Shown: piece by piece, positions 39,542 through 49,406 of the stretch | Position numbering within the stretch: position 1 is the stretch's first letter | Layout: every line of letters begins with the position of its first letter | Assembly (NCBI GenBank): GCA_033764015.1 | Contig: JANRJK010000013.1 | Span: 1-64,000, forward strand | Direction: 5' to 3' | Length of the DNA stretch: 64,000 nt | Origin: Candidatus Sumerlaeia bacterium | Lineage (GTDB): Bacteria > Sumerlaeota > Sumerlaeia > SLMS01 > JANRJK01 | The notes under the pieces: generated by a model | Seen by the model: only the letters and a program-made list of their open reading frames with translations | Databases searched by the model: none | What the model was told of the DNA's origin: nothing | Program-made: the position numbers and the translations under genes

Positions 39542-40648
39542 ATGGGAGAGTCCCCCACCATCATCGAGCGCCCGCCGCTTTTCTACCCCGCGTGGCTGGG
39601 GCGGATGGACCCGTACCTGCTCCGCGCGGAGACCAATCCCGCGGTGCCGCTCGTGCTGCGCGTGCTCAAGTTCACTCCGTGGCCGAAGGCCCGCGTCGCC
39701 GGCTTCTTCGCGTGCCTCGCGATGCTGTCCATCAACGTCTACTTGTTCCGCTTCGTGGACGACCTGCCCTGGTTGCTTGCCACGTTCCTCATCCTGCTCG
39801 TGGTGATGATGGCGTGCGCCGTCCCGCCGCGGTCGCTGGTCGCGCGCATCCGGAAGCGCCCCGACGCGAACACGATCTTCACGGATCTCAAGCTCGCGGG
39901 CGTCGGCTTCGACGATGTTCTCGAAGCGGACTACCTGGTGCGCAGCTGCGCGCGCCTGCCGCAGGCGGTGCTGCTGGGCCTGCTGATGCTGGTCCTGCCC
40001 GCGGTGATCATCGGCGTGAGCACCCGCTTCAGCCTCTTCGGCGACACGCTGCTGGTCCTCGGGGCGCTCGCCTTCGCCGCGGGTGTGGCCGCGACGCTGC
40101 TGCGCGGGACCACGCTCAAGGCGCAGTACATCCGCCAGACGCTCGCCAAGATGGAACTGAACATGGAGCGGCGCGCCATCGGAGTGGGGGGCCTTCTCAA
40201 GAAGCACTCCGCGCACCTGATGACGCGCACTGCGATGCAAGTCCTCGGGGCGTTCGGCACGCTGATCGCACTCTACGTCGGCATCCTCGTGATCGGGTTG
40301 GCCGTTCACTTCATTCCCAGAATCGGCCTCTCGGGGGCGCACTTCCGCGGCCTCGGTGGCCTCGCCCTCGGCTTCCTCGGAGTCATCGGGCTCGGCATCA
40401 GGCGCCCCCGCGCCCGCGCCACCATCGAGGCGCACCTCGACCATTGGCACGCCGCCCTCGCCGGCATGCACGAGAAGTACATGGCGCTCAACGTGTACGG
40501 CGAGCCGGACTGGACCGACCCGGAGCTCGCCCCACCCGCGCACAGCGGCGGCGTGCTGCTCCCGATCCCCAAGCCCCGCTTCACCCGCGTCGCCGAGCGC
40601 GTCCAGCGCATCGCGCCTCCGCCGCCGCCCAGGCCCACGCACGGATAA
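39542..40648 (+). CDS. Hypothetical membrane protein (about 6 TM)
   Basis: Three pairs of hydrophobic segments; codon usage matches neighbours. Confidence 0.65.
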   Translation: MGESPTIIERPPLFYPAWLGRMDPYLLRAETNPAVPLVLRVLKFTPWPKARVAGFFACLAMLSINVYLFRFVDDLPWLLATFLILLVVMMACAVPPRSLVARIRKRPDANTIFTDLKLAGVGFDDVLEADYLVRSCARLPQAVLLGLLMLVLPAVIIGVSTRFSLFGDTLLVLGALAFAAGVAATLLRGTTLKAQYIRQTLAKMELNMERRAIGVGGLLKKHSAHLMTRTAMQVLGAFGTLIALYVGILVIGLAVHFIPRIGLSGAHFRGLGGLALGFLGVIGLGIRRPRARATIEAHLDHWHAALAGMHEKYMALNVYGEPDWTDPELAPPAHSGGVLLPIPKPRFTRVAERVQRIAPPPPPRPTHG

Positions 40649-40744
40649 GCCCCTCCCTGCGCTTGCCAACCGCGAGGGCCGCTCCGCAACCTCGTCCATC
40701 CGCGCGGACGCCGCGCGCCGACTCCCCACGCACGCAGGAATGTG

Positions 40745-41686
40745 ATGGCCCAGAAGCCCCTCGACTACAATGCGACGATCACCGACTGGAACCTCCTCAC
40801 GGACCAGCTCGTGGTCTTCCGCCTCAAGCAGGACACCCCCTTCGACGGCTTCACGCCGGGGCAGTACACGGTGCTCGGCATCAACTATGAGGCGGGCTCC
40901 GTGAGCCGCGCCTACTCGATCGGCTCCGCGCCGGAGACCATCGCCGAGGGACTCGAATTCTACATCCGCCGCGTGCCCGAGCCGAAGGGCGACGTGGCGC
41001 TCACGCACCTGCTCTTCAACCTCAAGGCGGGAGAGCGCCTCTGGTGCGCCGCCAAGCCCCGCGGCCACTTCACCATCGAGAAGGCCGTCGGCGCCGAGGA
41101 CCCGCGCCACAAGGTCTTCATCGCCGCCGGCACCGGCCTCGCCCCCTTCACCTCCATGGTCAAGAGCCACTACCTGCGCCACGGCGCGGTGGACGAGCGC
41201 CACATCATCGCCCACGGCGCCAGCTACGCCACGGACCTCGGCTACCGCGAGGAGCTCGAGCGGATCATGAACAGCGGCGGGCGCACGCGCTACGTGCCGA
41301 CGCTCTCGCGCCCGGACGCCTCCTGGACCGGCGAGCGCGGCCGCGTCGAGACGCACTTCGAGGGCGAGCGCCTCGCGGCCTTCGAGCGCAAGCTCGGCTT
41401 CCAGCCCGGCCACCTCCGCCCCGAGAACGCCGTCGTGTTCCTCTGCGGCCTCCAGGGCACCATCGCCAACTGCCTGATGCAGCTCCTCGACCGCGGCTTC
41501 GTCCCCGAGGACCGCAAGATCCGCCGCGCGCTCCACATCCCCGACGCCACGCACGCCAGCTTCTTCTTCGAGCAGTACGACTCGGAGCCGATCATCGACC
41601 TCAAGGACGAGGCGCTCGCGGAGTCGCTCCGCGCGCGCCTGCGCGCCGCGGGTGTGAAGCTGGAAGCACCCGAGCCGGTGGCCTGA
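40745..41686 (+). CDS. fpr: Ferredoxin/flavodoxin-NADP+ reductase
   Basis: FTPGQY, RAYSIGS, AAGTGLAPF, FLCG, FFEQY followed by a short extension. Confidence 0.88.
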   Translation: MAQKPLDYNATITDWNLLTDQLVVFRLKQDTPFDGFTPGQYTVLGINYEAGSVSRAYSIGSAPETIAEGLEFYIRRVPEPKGDVALTHLLFNLKAGERLWCAAKPRGHFTIEKAVGAEDPRHKVFIAAGTGLAPFTSMVKSHYLRHGAVDERHIIAHGASYATDLGYREELERIMNSGGRTRYVPTLSRPDASWTGERGRVETHFEGERLAAFERKLGFQPGHLRPENAVVFLCGLQGTIANCLMQLLDRGFVPEDRKIRRALHIPDATHASFFFEQYDSEPIIDLKDEALAESLRARLRAAGVKLEAPEPVA

Positions 41687-41688
41687 CC

Positions 41689-42522
41689 ATGCCCCTCCCG
41701 GTCCCCTCGCAGGACGACCAGTTCCGCCGCCTCGTCGACATCATGGAGGCGCTCCTCTCGGAGCAGGGCTGCCCATGGGACCGGGAGCAGTCGCACCGCA
41801 CGCTCCGCCCCTACGTGGTCGAGGAAGCGTGCGAGGTGGTGGACGCCATCGACGACGGCGACGACGAGGAGCTGCGCCACGAGCTGGGCGACCTCGGCCT
41901 CCAGATCGTCTTCCACGCGGCGCTCGCCCGGCGGCGCGGCGCCTTCGATGTGGACGGCGTCTACCGCGCCATCTGCGAGAAGCTCATCCGCCGCCACCCG
42001 CACGTCTTCGGCGACACCGAGGTGGACGGCTCCGGCCAGGTGCTCAGGAACTGGGAGGCGATCAAGCGCGCGGAACGCACCGCCAAGGGCGAGGCGGAGC
42101 GCCCCGTCTCCGCGCTGGACGGCGTGCCCCGCGCGCTGCCCGGCCTCCAGCGCGCCTCCCGCCTGCAGGACAAGGCCCGCCGCGTCAACTTCGACTGGAC
42201 CGACATCCGCGACGTCTTCGCCAAGGTGCGCGAAGAGGTCGAGGAACTCGAACGCGAAGCCGCCGCCGGCGACGCCGCCGACCACTCGCGCGTCGAGGAC
42301 GAGTTCGGCGACCTGCTCTTCGCCCTCGTCAACCTCGGCCGCTTCCTCAAGGTCGATTCCGAGGCCGCGATTCAACGCACCAACGCCAAGTTCCTCCGCC
42401 GGTTCCACCACATGGAGGATGCGCTCCGCGCCCAGGGCCGCCAGCCCGCCGAGTGCACGCTCGAAGAACTCGACGCGCTCTGGAACAAGGCGAAGGCCGC
42501 CGAGCGCGCCCCGGCCCAGTAG
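41689..42522 (+). CDS. mazG: Nucleoside triphosphate pyrophosphohydrolase MazG
   Basis: GCPWDREQ, EEACEVVDAI, ELGDL, KLIRRHPHVFG, EDEFGDLLF, NAKFLRRF. Confidence 0.96.
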   Translation: MPLPVPSQDDQFRRLVDIMEALLSEQGCPWDREQSHRTLRPYVVEEACEVVDAIDDGDDEELRHELGDLGLQIVFHAALARRRGAFDVDGVYRAICEKLIRRHPHVFGDTEVDGSGQVLRNWEAIKRAERTAKGEAERPVSALDGVPRALPGLQRASRLQDKARRVNFDWTDIRDVFAKVREEVEELEREAAAGDAADHSRVEDEFGDLLFALVNLGRFLKVDSEAAIQRTNAKFLRRFHHMEDALRAQGRQPAECTLEELDALWNKAKAAERAPAQ

Positions 42523-42538
42523 CCGCGAGTCGCCCGCC

Positions 42539-43219
42539 GTGCCGCTCTTCCGCGACCGCCGCCACGCCGGCGCCAAGCTGGCCGAAGCCCTCGCCGCCGA
42601 GGGAGTGGGTAGGGACGCCCTCCTGCTCGCCATCCCCCGGGGCGGGGTGGTGGTCGCGGCGGAAGCGGCCGCTCTCCTCCGCGCGGAACTCGATCTCTTC
42701 ACGGTCCGCAAGCTCGGCGTGCCGGGGCGCCCGGAACTCGCCATGGGCGCCGTCGCCACCGGCGGCCTAGTCGTCTGGAACGGCGCCATCATCGAGTCGC
42801 TCAACATCCGCGAGGCGCCGATGCTCGAAACGCTCGAGCGCGAGACCCGCGAACTCGCCCGCCGCGAGGCGCTCTACCGCGCCGGCTCCGCGCCGGTCCC
42901 CGCGGCGGGACGCGTGGCGGTGCTCGTCGACGACGGCATCGCGACCGGCGCGACGCTCCTCGCCGCGGCGCGGGCGCTGCGCACCGCCAAGCCCGCGCGG
43001 CTCCTCGTCGCGGCGCCTGTCGCCCCGCGCGAAGTGGTGGCGCGCTTCGACGGCGAAGCGGACGGCGTCGTGCTGGTACGCGCCCAAGTCCCCTTCTTCA
43101 GCGTCGCAGCGTGCTACGAGGACTTCCGCCAAGTGCAGGACGCGGAAGTGGCGGTATCGCTCCGCGCGTTCCACGCCGGCGCGGAGCCGACGGAGGAAGG
43201 CTGCGAGGACTTCCTTTAG
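42539..43219 (+). CDS. Type I phosphoribosyltransferase family protein
   Basis: FRDRRHAG, IPRGGV, VRKLGVP, VLVDDGIATGAT PRPP-binding motif. Confidence 0.9.
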   Translation: MPLFRDRRHAGAKLAEALAAEGVGRDALLLAIPRGGVVVAAEAAALLRAELDLFTVRKLGVPGRPELAMGAVATGGLVVWNGAIIESLNIREAPMLETLERETRELARREALYRAGSAPVPAAGRVAVLVDDGIATGATLLAAARALRTAKPARLLVAAPVAPREVVARFDGEADGVVLVRAQVPFFSVAACYEDFRQVQDAEVAVSLRAFHAGAEPTEEGCEDFL

Positions 43220-43857
43220 CGCCAGAGCCCCAGCCGTTCGCGCCGCGCCGCCGCCTCCGCCGCCCGGAACTCCGCGTCGTGGCTGCCGCTCCGCCCCCAC
43301 TTCGTCTCGTAGCGCGAGTAGCCGCGGCGCACCAGTTCGATGTTGAAGTTCTCGCCGTCCACCAACACGTAGGCGAGCAATCGCTGGTAGCGGTCCCGGG
43401 CGTCGCCCTCCGCATCCGCCAGCAGCCGCACCTGCCGCCCCTCCAGCCTCGAGCGGGTGTAGCGCGCCGCATCCCTCCCGAACTCAGTGTTCTTCGACGC
43501 ATCGGGGTGGACCGATTCCTCCGTGTCCACGCACAGCAGGCGCACACGCTCCTCGCGCCCGCCCGCCGTCACCAGGAGTGTGTCCCCGTCCACCACGCGC
43601 TCCACATAGGCGACCACATACTCGGTCGCGGTCGGCGTGAGCGCGACCGCCGCCGACCCGGTCCCGTCGGGCTGCGACTCGATACCGGGCCGGGGCGCGG
43701 TGTCTCCGCCGAGGTAATGGTACGCGCCGGCCGCCAGGAACAGCAGCAAGCTCCCCAGCAGCCCCAGCGCGCGCACCTTCCAGGATCCCCCGCCACGCCC
43801 GCCGCGGCGGCGGGCGGAGGGCTTGGCTCGGCTGGCGGCTTTGCGACGGGGGGGCAT
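43216..43857 (-). CDS. Membrane-anchored thermonuclease (SNase family)
   Basis: TM helix, VVDGDT, VRLLCVDTEE, DRYQRLLAYV, NIELVRRGY, ARRERLGLW. Confidence 0.92.
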   Translation of the reverse strand: MPPRRKAASRAKPSARRRGGRGGGSWKVRALGLLGSLLLFLAAGAYHYLGGDTAPRPGIESQPDGTGSAAVALTPTATEYVVAYVERVVDGDTLLVTAGGREERVRLLCVDTEESVHPDASKNTEFGRDAARYTRSRLEGRQVRLLADAEGDARDRYQRLLAYVLVDGENFNIELVRRGYSRYETKWGRSGSHDAEFRAAEAAARRERLGLWR

Positions 43858-43965
43858 CCGGATTCCTCGAGGCGATAGGCACCCCCCGCGTGGCTTGGCG
43901 GTCAACCCGGATGGAAAGAGTGGGCGCCTGCCCAGGCGCCGATGTTGCGGAGATGCGAAATCCAT

Positions 43966-43977
43966 AATAACGTTATT
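43966..43977. promoter_or_regulatory. Perfect AT-rich palindrome AATAACGTTATT, candidate operator
   Basis: 12-bp perfect inverted repeat in the divergent intergenic region between the nuclease and the PAS kinase, in very GC-rich DNA. Confidence 0.45.
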
Positions 43978-44053
43978 GTCTTGCCCGGCCTGATCTCCAG
44001 CCTGACGCTAACCACCGTACAGTAGCGCCACTCGGGAATCCACCTTGGAAACA

Positions 44054-45358
44054 ATGAGCGAACCCCAAGAACTGCTGGGCAACGCCATGCGCAGCGAGCG
44101 CTCGGAACCAGCAGCGCCCCCCCCATGGTACGACCGGGTCAAACCCCTGCACGACCACTCGGAAATCCTCCGCTCGGTCGTGGGGTCGCTCTCTCCGGCG
44201 GTCCGGGAGGGCCTCAGCCTATGGCAGCGCGAGCACCTCGACATCCACTCCCTTTGGATGGACGCGCTCGAGCGCGCGAACCACATCCTGTTCGTGCTCG
44301 ACGTCCGCGACCATCGCTTCGTGTACATGAGCCCCAACCACGAGCGAATCAGCGGCATCCCGCATGAGACGTGGATGGCGATGAGCTTCGAACAAAACAT
44401 CGCGAACATACACTCTGGCGACCGCGAGCGGGTCGCCGCGAGCCTCACCTCCATGCACAAGAGGGCGGTCCCCCACGACGTCCAGTCGGAGGTATACGAG
44501 TATCGCCGCGTGCGGCCCGACGGAAGCGTCTACTGGCTGCGCGAATGGGGAAGTTGCTACTACGGCCCCGCCGCCGAACCGCTGGTGGCCGCCGGGACCG
44601 CCTGCGACATCACCACGGAGAAGCATCGCGAGCGCGAACTCCGCGACGCGCTCGCCCTCAAGAACAAGTGCGTCGGCATCCTCGTCCACGACCTCCGGAA
44701 CCCGCTGACCGTCATCAAGGGCTACACCGCCCTCCTGCGCGACGACATGAAGATCAGCTTCGAGCCGCACCACCTCGACATGCTCGCCCGCATCGAACGC
44801 GCCTGCGACAAGCTCCAGTCGATCGTCGGCGACACGCTCGACTTCAACGCCATCGAAGCCGGCGCGCTCGCGCTCGAACGCGTGCGGATGCCCGTGGCGG
44901 AGTTCCTCCTCCGCTTCCGCGACCTCCACGCGATCCTCGGGGAGCGCAAGCGCATCCGGATCGACGCCGAATGCTCCGGGGAGGCGGGCGTCGGCCTCTT
45001 CGACCCGGACCATATCGAGCATGTCCTCGAGAACCTCCTCACGAACGCCATCAAGTACTCGAACCCCGGCTCGCGCGTCGTCATGCGCGCCCTCCCCGCC
45101 TCCGCCGGCATGGTCTGGATGGAGGTGGAGGACGAGGGACTCGGCATCCCGCAGGAGGAGCGCGACCGTCTCTTCACCGAATTCGGCCGCTGCTCCGTGA
45201 AGCCCACGGACGGCGAGCAGAGCACCGGCCTCGGCCTCGCCATCTGCCGGAAGGTCGTAGCCGCCCATGGCGGAACCATCGGTTGCGAGAGCGAGGTCGG
45301 GCGCGGCTCGGTCTTCCGCTTTTCGCTGCCCGCGGCGGTGCTGGAGCGCAGCGCATGA
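44054..45358 (+). CDS. Cytoplasmic PAS-domain sensor histidine kinase
   Basis: PAS (YMSP, IHSGDR, RPDGSVYW), H-box HDLRNPL, ENLLTNAIKYS, DEGLGI, GLGLAI. Confidence 0.93.
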   Translation: MSEPQELLGNAMRSERSEPAAPPPWYDRVKPLHDHSEILRSVVGSLSPAVREGLSLWQREHLDIHSLWMDALERANHILFVLDVRDHRFVYMSPNHERISGIPHETWMAMSFEQNIANIHSGDRERVAASLTSMHKRAVPHDVQSEVYEYRRVRPDGSVYWLREWGSCYYGPAAEPLVAAGTACDITTEKHRERELRDALALKNKCVGILVHDLRNPLTVIKGYTALLRDDMKISFEPHHLDMLARIERACDKLQSIVGDTLDFNAIEAGALALERVRMPVAEFLLRFRDLHAILGERKRIRIDAECSGEAGVGLFDPDHIEHVLENLLTNAIKYSNPGSRVVMRALPASAGMVWMEVEDEGLGIPQEERDRLFTEFGRCSVKPTDGEQSTGLGLAICRKVVAAHGGTIGCESEVGRGSVFRFSLPAAVLERSA

Positions 45359-45960
45359 AGACCATGTCGGCATTCACCCTCATCGAGTTGCTGATCGTCG
45401 TCGCGATCATCGCCGTGCTCGCCGCCATCGCGGTGCCCAACTTCCTCGAGGCGCAGACCCGCGCGAAGATTTCCCGCGTTAAGGGCGACTTCGCGACGAT
45501 CGCCACCGCCATGGAGTCGTACTGCGTCGATAGCGGCCACTATCCAACGAACGGACGGTCGGTCGTCGCGCTCAGCACCCCGTTGGCGTATGTGACCACG
45601 ACGCCGCTATGGGATCCGTTCGCTCCGACCACGGATCCCGATGTGAACGCCAGCGGCTACGGCTACATGAACTTCTGGGAGCCCGGCGCTTCCGAGTTCT
45701 TCGTGTTTCCCGTGCTCCCCGGCGCCGCGGGCCTCGCGGTCAAGGACTGCGCCTGGCTCCTCGTCAGCCGCGGCCCCGATGGATTCCTCGAGTCGCAGGA
45801 CAAGGCGACGCGGGCGTTCACCCCGGAGACGATCCGCGCCGCGGTGCTCGAGATGGCGACCGGCGACTATGTGTACGATCCCACCAACGGAACCGCCAGC
45901 GAAGGCGATGTGCCGCGCACTCGCAAAGGGGAGCTGACCCGCGCACTGGCCCCGATGTAG
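45355..45960 (+). CDS. Prepilin-type N-terminal cleavage/methylation domain protein
   Basis: AFTLIELLIVVAIIAVLAAIAVPNFLEAQTRAK, SRGPDG, YDPTNGTASEGD. Confidence 0.92.
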   Translation: MKTMSAFTLIELLIVVAIIAVLAAIAVPNFLEAQTRAKISRVKGDFATIATAMESYCVDSGHYPTNGRSVVALSTPLAYVTTTPLWDPFAPTTDPDVNASGYGYMNFWEPGASEFFVFPVLPGAAGLAVKDCAWLLVSRGPDGFLESQDKATRAFTPETIRAAVLEMATGDYVYDPTNGTASEGDVPRTRKGELTRALAPM

Positions 45961-45969
45961 TCATCCCGC

Positions 45970-47118
45970 GTGACACGCTGGGTCCTTCTGGAGACCGCCC
46001 CGCCGGGGCACCGCATGCGCCTGCCGGGGCACCACCTGGCGGAGTGGCTCGCCGCGCGCGGGCGCAAGGTCGCCTACGTATCCGTCCCCGTCAGCCCTTG
46101 GCACTTCCTCTCCCGCGCCGCGCGTCCACTCGCGCGGCGCCGTTGGTCGCAGGAGGGTTCCCGCGGACGCTGGCACGGCCCCAACCTGTTCGCCTACATC
46201 CCGCGCACCCTGCTGCCGGTCGCGCGCGGGCCGCTCTTCGACAACGAGGCCGCATGGCGCCTCTCCCACCGGCTGACACTGCCGGACGCCGCGGGCGTCC
46301 TCGCGGCGGAGGGCTTCTCCAATCCCGACGTGGTATGCCTCCAGAGCCCGCTGCTCGCGCCGCTCGCCGCCGCCCTCGGCGCGCGGCGCCTCGTGGTCCG
46401 CATCGAGGACGCGCTCGACCACTTCGACGGCATGCCCCGCGTGGCGCTCCGCCACTTTCCCGAGGCCCTCGAACGCGCGGACCTCGTGACCGTGACCGCC
46501 CGCTCGCTCGAATCCTGGGCCACCGGGCGCGGCGCCCGGTCGGTCCGCAACTTCCCGAACGGCGTCGCCTTCGCCCGGTTCCGGCGGCCCGCGTCGCTGC
46601 CGCCGCGCCCCGCCGACCTGCCGCCCGGCCCTGTCGCCGTCTATGTCGGCGCGCTCGATTCGTGGTTCGACGACGGCCTCTTGGCAGCGTCGCTCGATGC
46701 CTCGCCGAGCTGGCGTGCAGTGTTGATCGGGCCTCCGGGCGCGCGGCTCTCCCGGCTCCGGGAGCACCCGCGGGTCCACTTCCTGGGGCCGAAGCCGCAG
46801 GAACAGGTTCCCCCCTACCTCTGGCACGCCGACGCCGGCGTGATCCCCTTCCGGCGCACGCCGCTCATCGAGTCCGTCTCGCCGCTCAAGCTCTTCGAGT
46901 ACCTCGCCGCCGGGCTCCCGGTGATCGCCACCCGCTGGCGCGAGCTCGAGGCGTTGCAGGCGCCCGCGACGCTCGCCGACGGGCCCGCCGGGTGGGCTAA
47001 GGCGCTCGCCGACGCCGAAACCCCCGGCGCCGCGGCGCGCGCAGCCGGGATCGAGTGGGCCCGAGTCTACGATTGGGAACAACTCATCGCGGACTTCGCC
47101 GCGGCAGCGGAGGATTAA
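45970..47118 (+). CDS. GT-B glycosyltransferase (GT4/TuaH-like)
   Basis: FPNGV, YVGALDSWFD, HFLGPK, SPLKLFEYLAAGLPVIAT. Confidence 0.88.
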   Translation: MTRWVLLETAPPGHRMRLPGHHLAEWLAARGRKVAYVSVPVSPWHFLSRAARPLARRRWSQEGSRGRWHGPNLFAYIPRTLLPVARGPLFDNEAAWRLSHRLTLPDAAGVLAAEGFSNPDVVCLQSPLLAPLAAALGARRLVVRIEDALDHFDGMPRVALRHFPEALERADLVTVTARSLESWATGRGARSVRNFPNGVAFARFRRPASLPPRPADLPPGPVAVYVGALDSWFDDGLLAASLDASPSWRAVLIGPPGARLSRLREHPRVHFLGPKPQEQVPPYLWHADAGVIPFRRTPLIESVSPLKLFEYLAAGLPVIATRWRELEALQAPATLADGPAGWAKALADAETPGAAARAAGIEWARVYDWEQLIADFAAAAED

Positions 47119-47819
47119 CCCCGGGGGGCGGGCATCGCGGCGTCGATGTCCTCGCGGCGGCGGTGGATCTCCGCAAGGCGGAGGTCCAAGGACTCGCGGG
47201 CGTTCCCCGCCCGCATCGCATCGACGAACTTGAAATGCTCGTCCACCAGCAGGGCGCGCCGCGCCGCGGACAGGCAAAGACCTGCGAGAGCCTCCACCCG
47301 CCGCCAATGCTCCACCACCCGCGTGTGGAGCAGCCGCGAGAGCGAGAACTCCATGCCGCCATCGGGATCGCAAAGAACGCACGAAAACTCGTCCCGGACG
47401 AGCTGGAACCGATCCGCAGGAAGTTCGGGCTCCGCCAAGCGGTCAAGGAGCGGGGCCAGCCGCACGGCGATTTGCTCCCCGTCCTTGCGCTGCGCGAATG
47501 CCGACTCGAACAACTCGATCAGCAGGAGCACCTCAAGGGCGACCGCGCGGTTGAGCGGGGAAACGCTCACGCCGGAGTAGGAGCGGTAAAACACGAGGCC
47601 CTCCGCCGAGAGCTGGGTGAACGCCTCCCGGATTGGGATGTGGCTCACGCCCAACTCCGCCGAAATGGCGTCGATCGTGATTTTCTGGCCGGGTGCCAAT
47701 CGGCCATCAAGGATGCGCTCGCGGATTTCCCCGCAAGTTACCTCCTTCTTGCTGCGAAACTTGGCGAACTCTGCGCTCAAGCGGCTCTCCTCGCCCATCA
47801 GGTCCAATTCAGACTTCAT
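47115..47819 (-). CDS. GntR family transcriptional regulator with divergent FCD-like C-terminus
   Basis: IRERILDGRLAPGQKI, ELGVSHIPIREAFTQLSAEGLV; C-terminal EHFKFVDAMRAGN. Confidence 0.85.
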   Translation of the reverse strand: MKSELDLMGEESRLSAEFAKFRSKKEVTCGEIRERILDGRLAPGQKITIDAISAELGVSHIPIREAFTQLSAEGLVFYRSYSGVSVSPLNRAVALEVLLLIELFESAFAQRKDGEQIAVRLAPLLDRLAEPELPADRFQLVRDEFSCVLCDPDGGMEFSLSRLLHTRVVEHWRRVEALAGLCLSAARRALLVDEHFKFVDAMRAGNARESLDLRLAEIHRRREDIDAAMPAPRG

Positions 47820-47865
47820 TAATCTCAATCCCCCGGCGGTTCTGCTAGGGGAACAGCATCTCCTG

Positions 47866-47897
47866 TTACCAATCGGGATAAATCCCTATTACCAATG
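47866..47897. promoter_or_regulatory. Candidate GntR operator: TTACCAAT direct repeats flanking a near-palindrome
   Basis: TTACCAAT at 47866 and 47889, GGGATAAATCCC between them; TATAAT at 47939-47944. Confidence 0.45.
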
Positions 47898-48042
47898 ATT
47901 AGCCATGGCAACGGACTTCCTTTCTCACGGCGGAACTATATAATCTAGCCAAGCGGTGCCCATACTCGCAAGTACCTCCACTTGCCATCACCCGCCCAAC
48001 GGCTACTAATGCCTCGGCAGTCCAACGGAGACCATACGCAGC

Positions 48043-48534
48043 GTGAGCAAAACACGGACATCGAGAAAACGCAAGGCTGTGCTTTCCGCGGACGTCCGTA
48101 TCCCAACCCGGGCGGGCTCGCCCCGGGCCCTCGCCGCGCTCGTGCTGGTCCTCGCCCTCGCTGCCGGTGCCTGCCGCCGCGGTCCCAAGGGCACCCCCGT
48201 GGAGGACTCCCTCGACCAGTTCCTGTGGAAGAACCGCCTAGTGGTTCTCTTCGCGGAGGACACCAAGGACCCCGAGTACCTCCGCCAACTGACGCTGCTC
48301 AACCTCGAGCGCGACGGCCTAGAGGAGCGCCAGACCCTCATTGTCCCCGTCCAAGGTTCCGGCGCCGGGCTGCGCGGGCGCTTCGGGCTCGAACCGGGCG
48401 GATTCCAGCTCGCGCTCGTCGGGAAGGACGGCGGCGTCAAACTGCGCGCCTCCGACCCCGTGGACCCGTCGGTGGTCTTCGATCTGATCGATTCGATGCC
48501 GATGCGGCAGGCGGAGCTGCGCGGTGGCGACTAG
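48043..48534 (+). CDS. DUF4174 family lipoprotein
   Basis: Lipobox AAGA-C; LDQFLWKNRLVVLFA, LVGKDGGVKLR, IDSMPMRQAE. Confidence 0.88.
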   Translation: MSKTRTSRKRKAVLSADVRIPTRAGSPRALAALVLVLALAAGACRRGPKGTPVEDSLDQFLWKNRLVVLFAEDTKDPEYLRQLTLLNLERDGLEERQTLIVPVQGSGAGLRGRFGLEPGGFQLALVGKDGGVKLRASDPVDPSVVFDLIDSMPMRQAELRGGD

Positions 48535-49406
48535 GCAGGAACGACCGTCACCGCGACGGAGAGTTGTTGGCGCCCGCCGCCCTGGATCACGCCGCGCAGC
48601 GGACTGACGTCCCCGTAGTCCCGCCCCCACGCCAGCGTCAGGTGCCGGTCGCGCACCAGCGCGTCGTTCGTCGGGTCCAGGTCCACCCACCCGGTCCCCG
48701 GCACCATCAGCGCAAGCCACGCATGGGATGCGTCCGCCCCCACGAGCCGACGCGCTCCGGGCTCCGGGTCGGTCGCCAGGTACCCGCTGACGTAGCGGGC
48801 GGCGAGGCCCACGGAACGCAGGCAGGAGATCATCAGGTGCGCGAAGTCCTGGCACACGCCGCGCCGGCTCCGCAGCACCTCCTCCACCGGCGTCGACACA
48901 TCCGTCGCCAGCGGCGAGTACGAGAATCCGCGGTGGATCGCCTCGTTGAGGGCGAGCGCGGCCTCGAGCACGGGGCGCCCCGGCGTGAAGCACGGAGCGG
49001 CCAGCGCCGCCGCGTCGGCCAGCAGCGGCACGTGCGGCGAGGCGTGCGCGAACTCGACCGCCTCCACACCTTCCGGCGAAAGGTCTGAGCGCAGCAGCTC
49101 GCGCGCGAACTCCCACGAGGGCGTGTCCGACGGGTCGCCCAGCGACGGCGCCATGACCGCGAGCTCCGCGTCGAGCACCGCCTCCAAGTCGTGGTGCGGC
49201 TCCTGGATCGACAGCACGGAAACCGTGTTCCCGTAGAAGTCGCGGCGGCTCCGCTGGAAGGACGGGTGCGGACGCACCAGCAGTTCCGCCCGCTCCACGC
49301 GCTGCCGCGCCGTCGCCCGGGGGACCAGGTGCAGCTTGTGGTAGGACTGCGACACCGCCTCCGCGTAGCGGTACCGCGTCGCGTGCGAGACCCGGTAGCG
49401 CGTCAC
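48531..49406 (-). CDS. Transglutaminase family protein (Bact_transglu_N plus core)
   Basis: YRVSHATRYRY, DFYGN, intact triad GVCQDFAH / ASHAW / WVDLDPTN, WGRDYGDVSP. Confidence 0.95.
   Translation of the reverse strand: MTRYRVSHATRYRYAEAVSQSYHKLHLVPRATARQRVERAELLVRPHPSFQRSRRDFYGNTVSVLSIQEPHHDLEAVLDAELAVMAPSLGDPSDTPSWEFARELLRSDLSPEGVEAVEFAHASPHVPLLADAAALAAPCFTPGRPVLEAALALNEAIHRGFSYSPLATDVSTPVEEVLRSRRGVCQDFAHLMISCLRSVGLAARYVSGYLATDPEPGARRLVGADASHAWLALMVPGTGWVDLDPTNDALVRDRHLTLAWGRDYGDVSPLRGVIQGGGRQQLSVAVTVVPA

Noticed and set aside
41689..43857. mazG, PRTase and nuclease as an anti-phage system
   Set aside because: MazG is the canonical two-domain housekeeping type, the nuclease is convergent and membrane-anchored, and there is no defence-island context.
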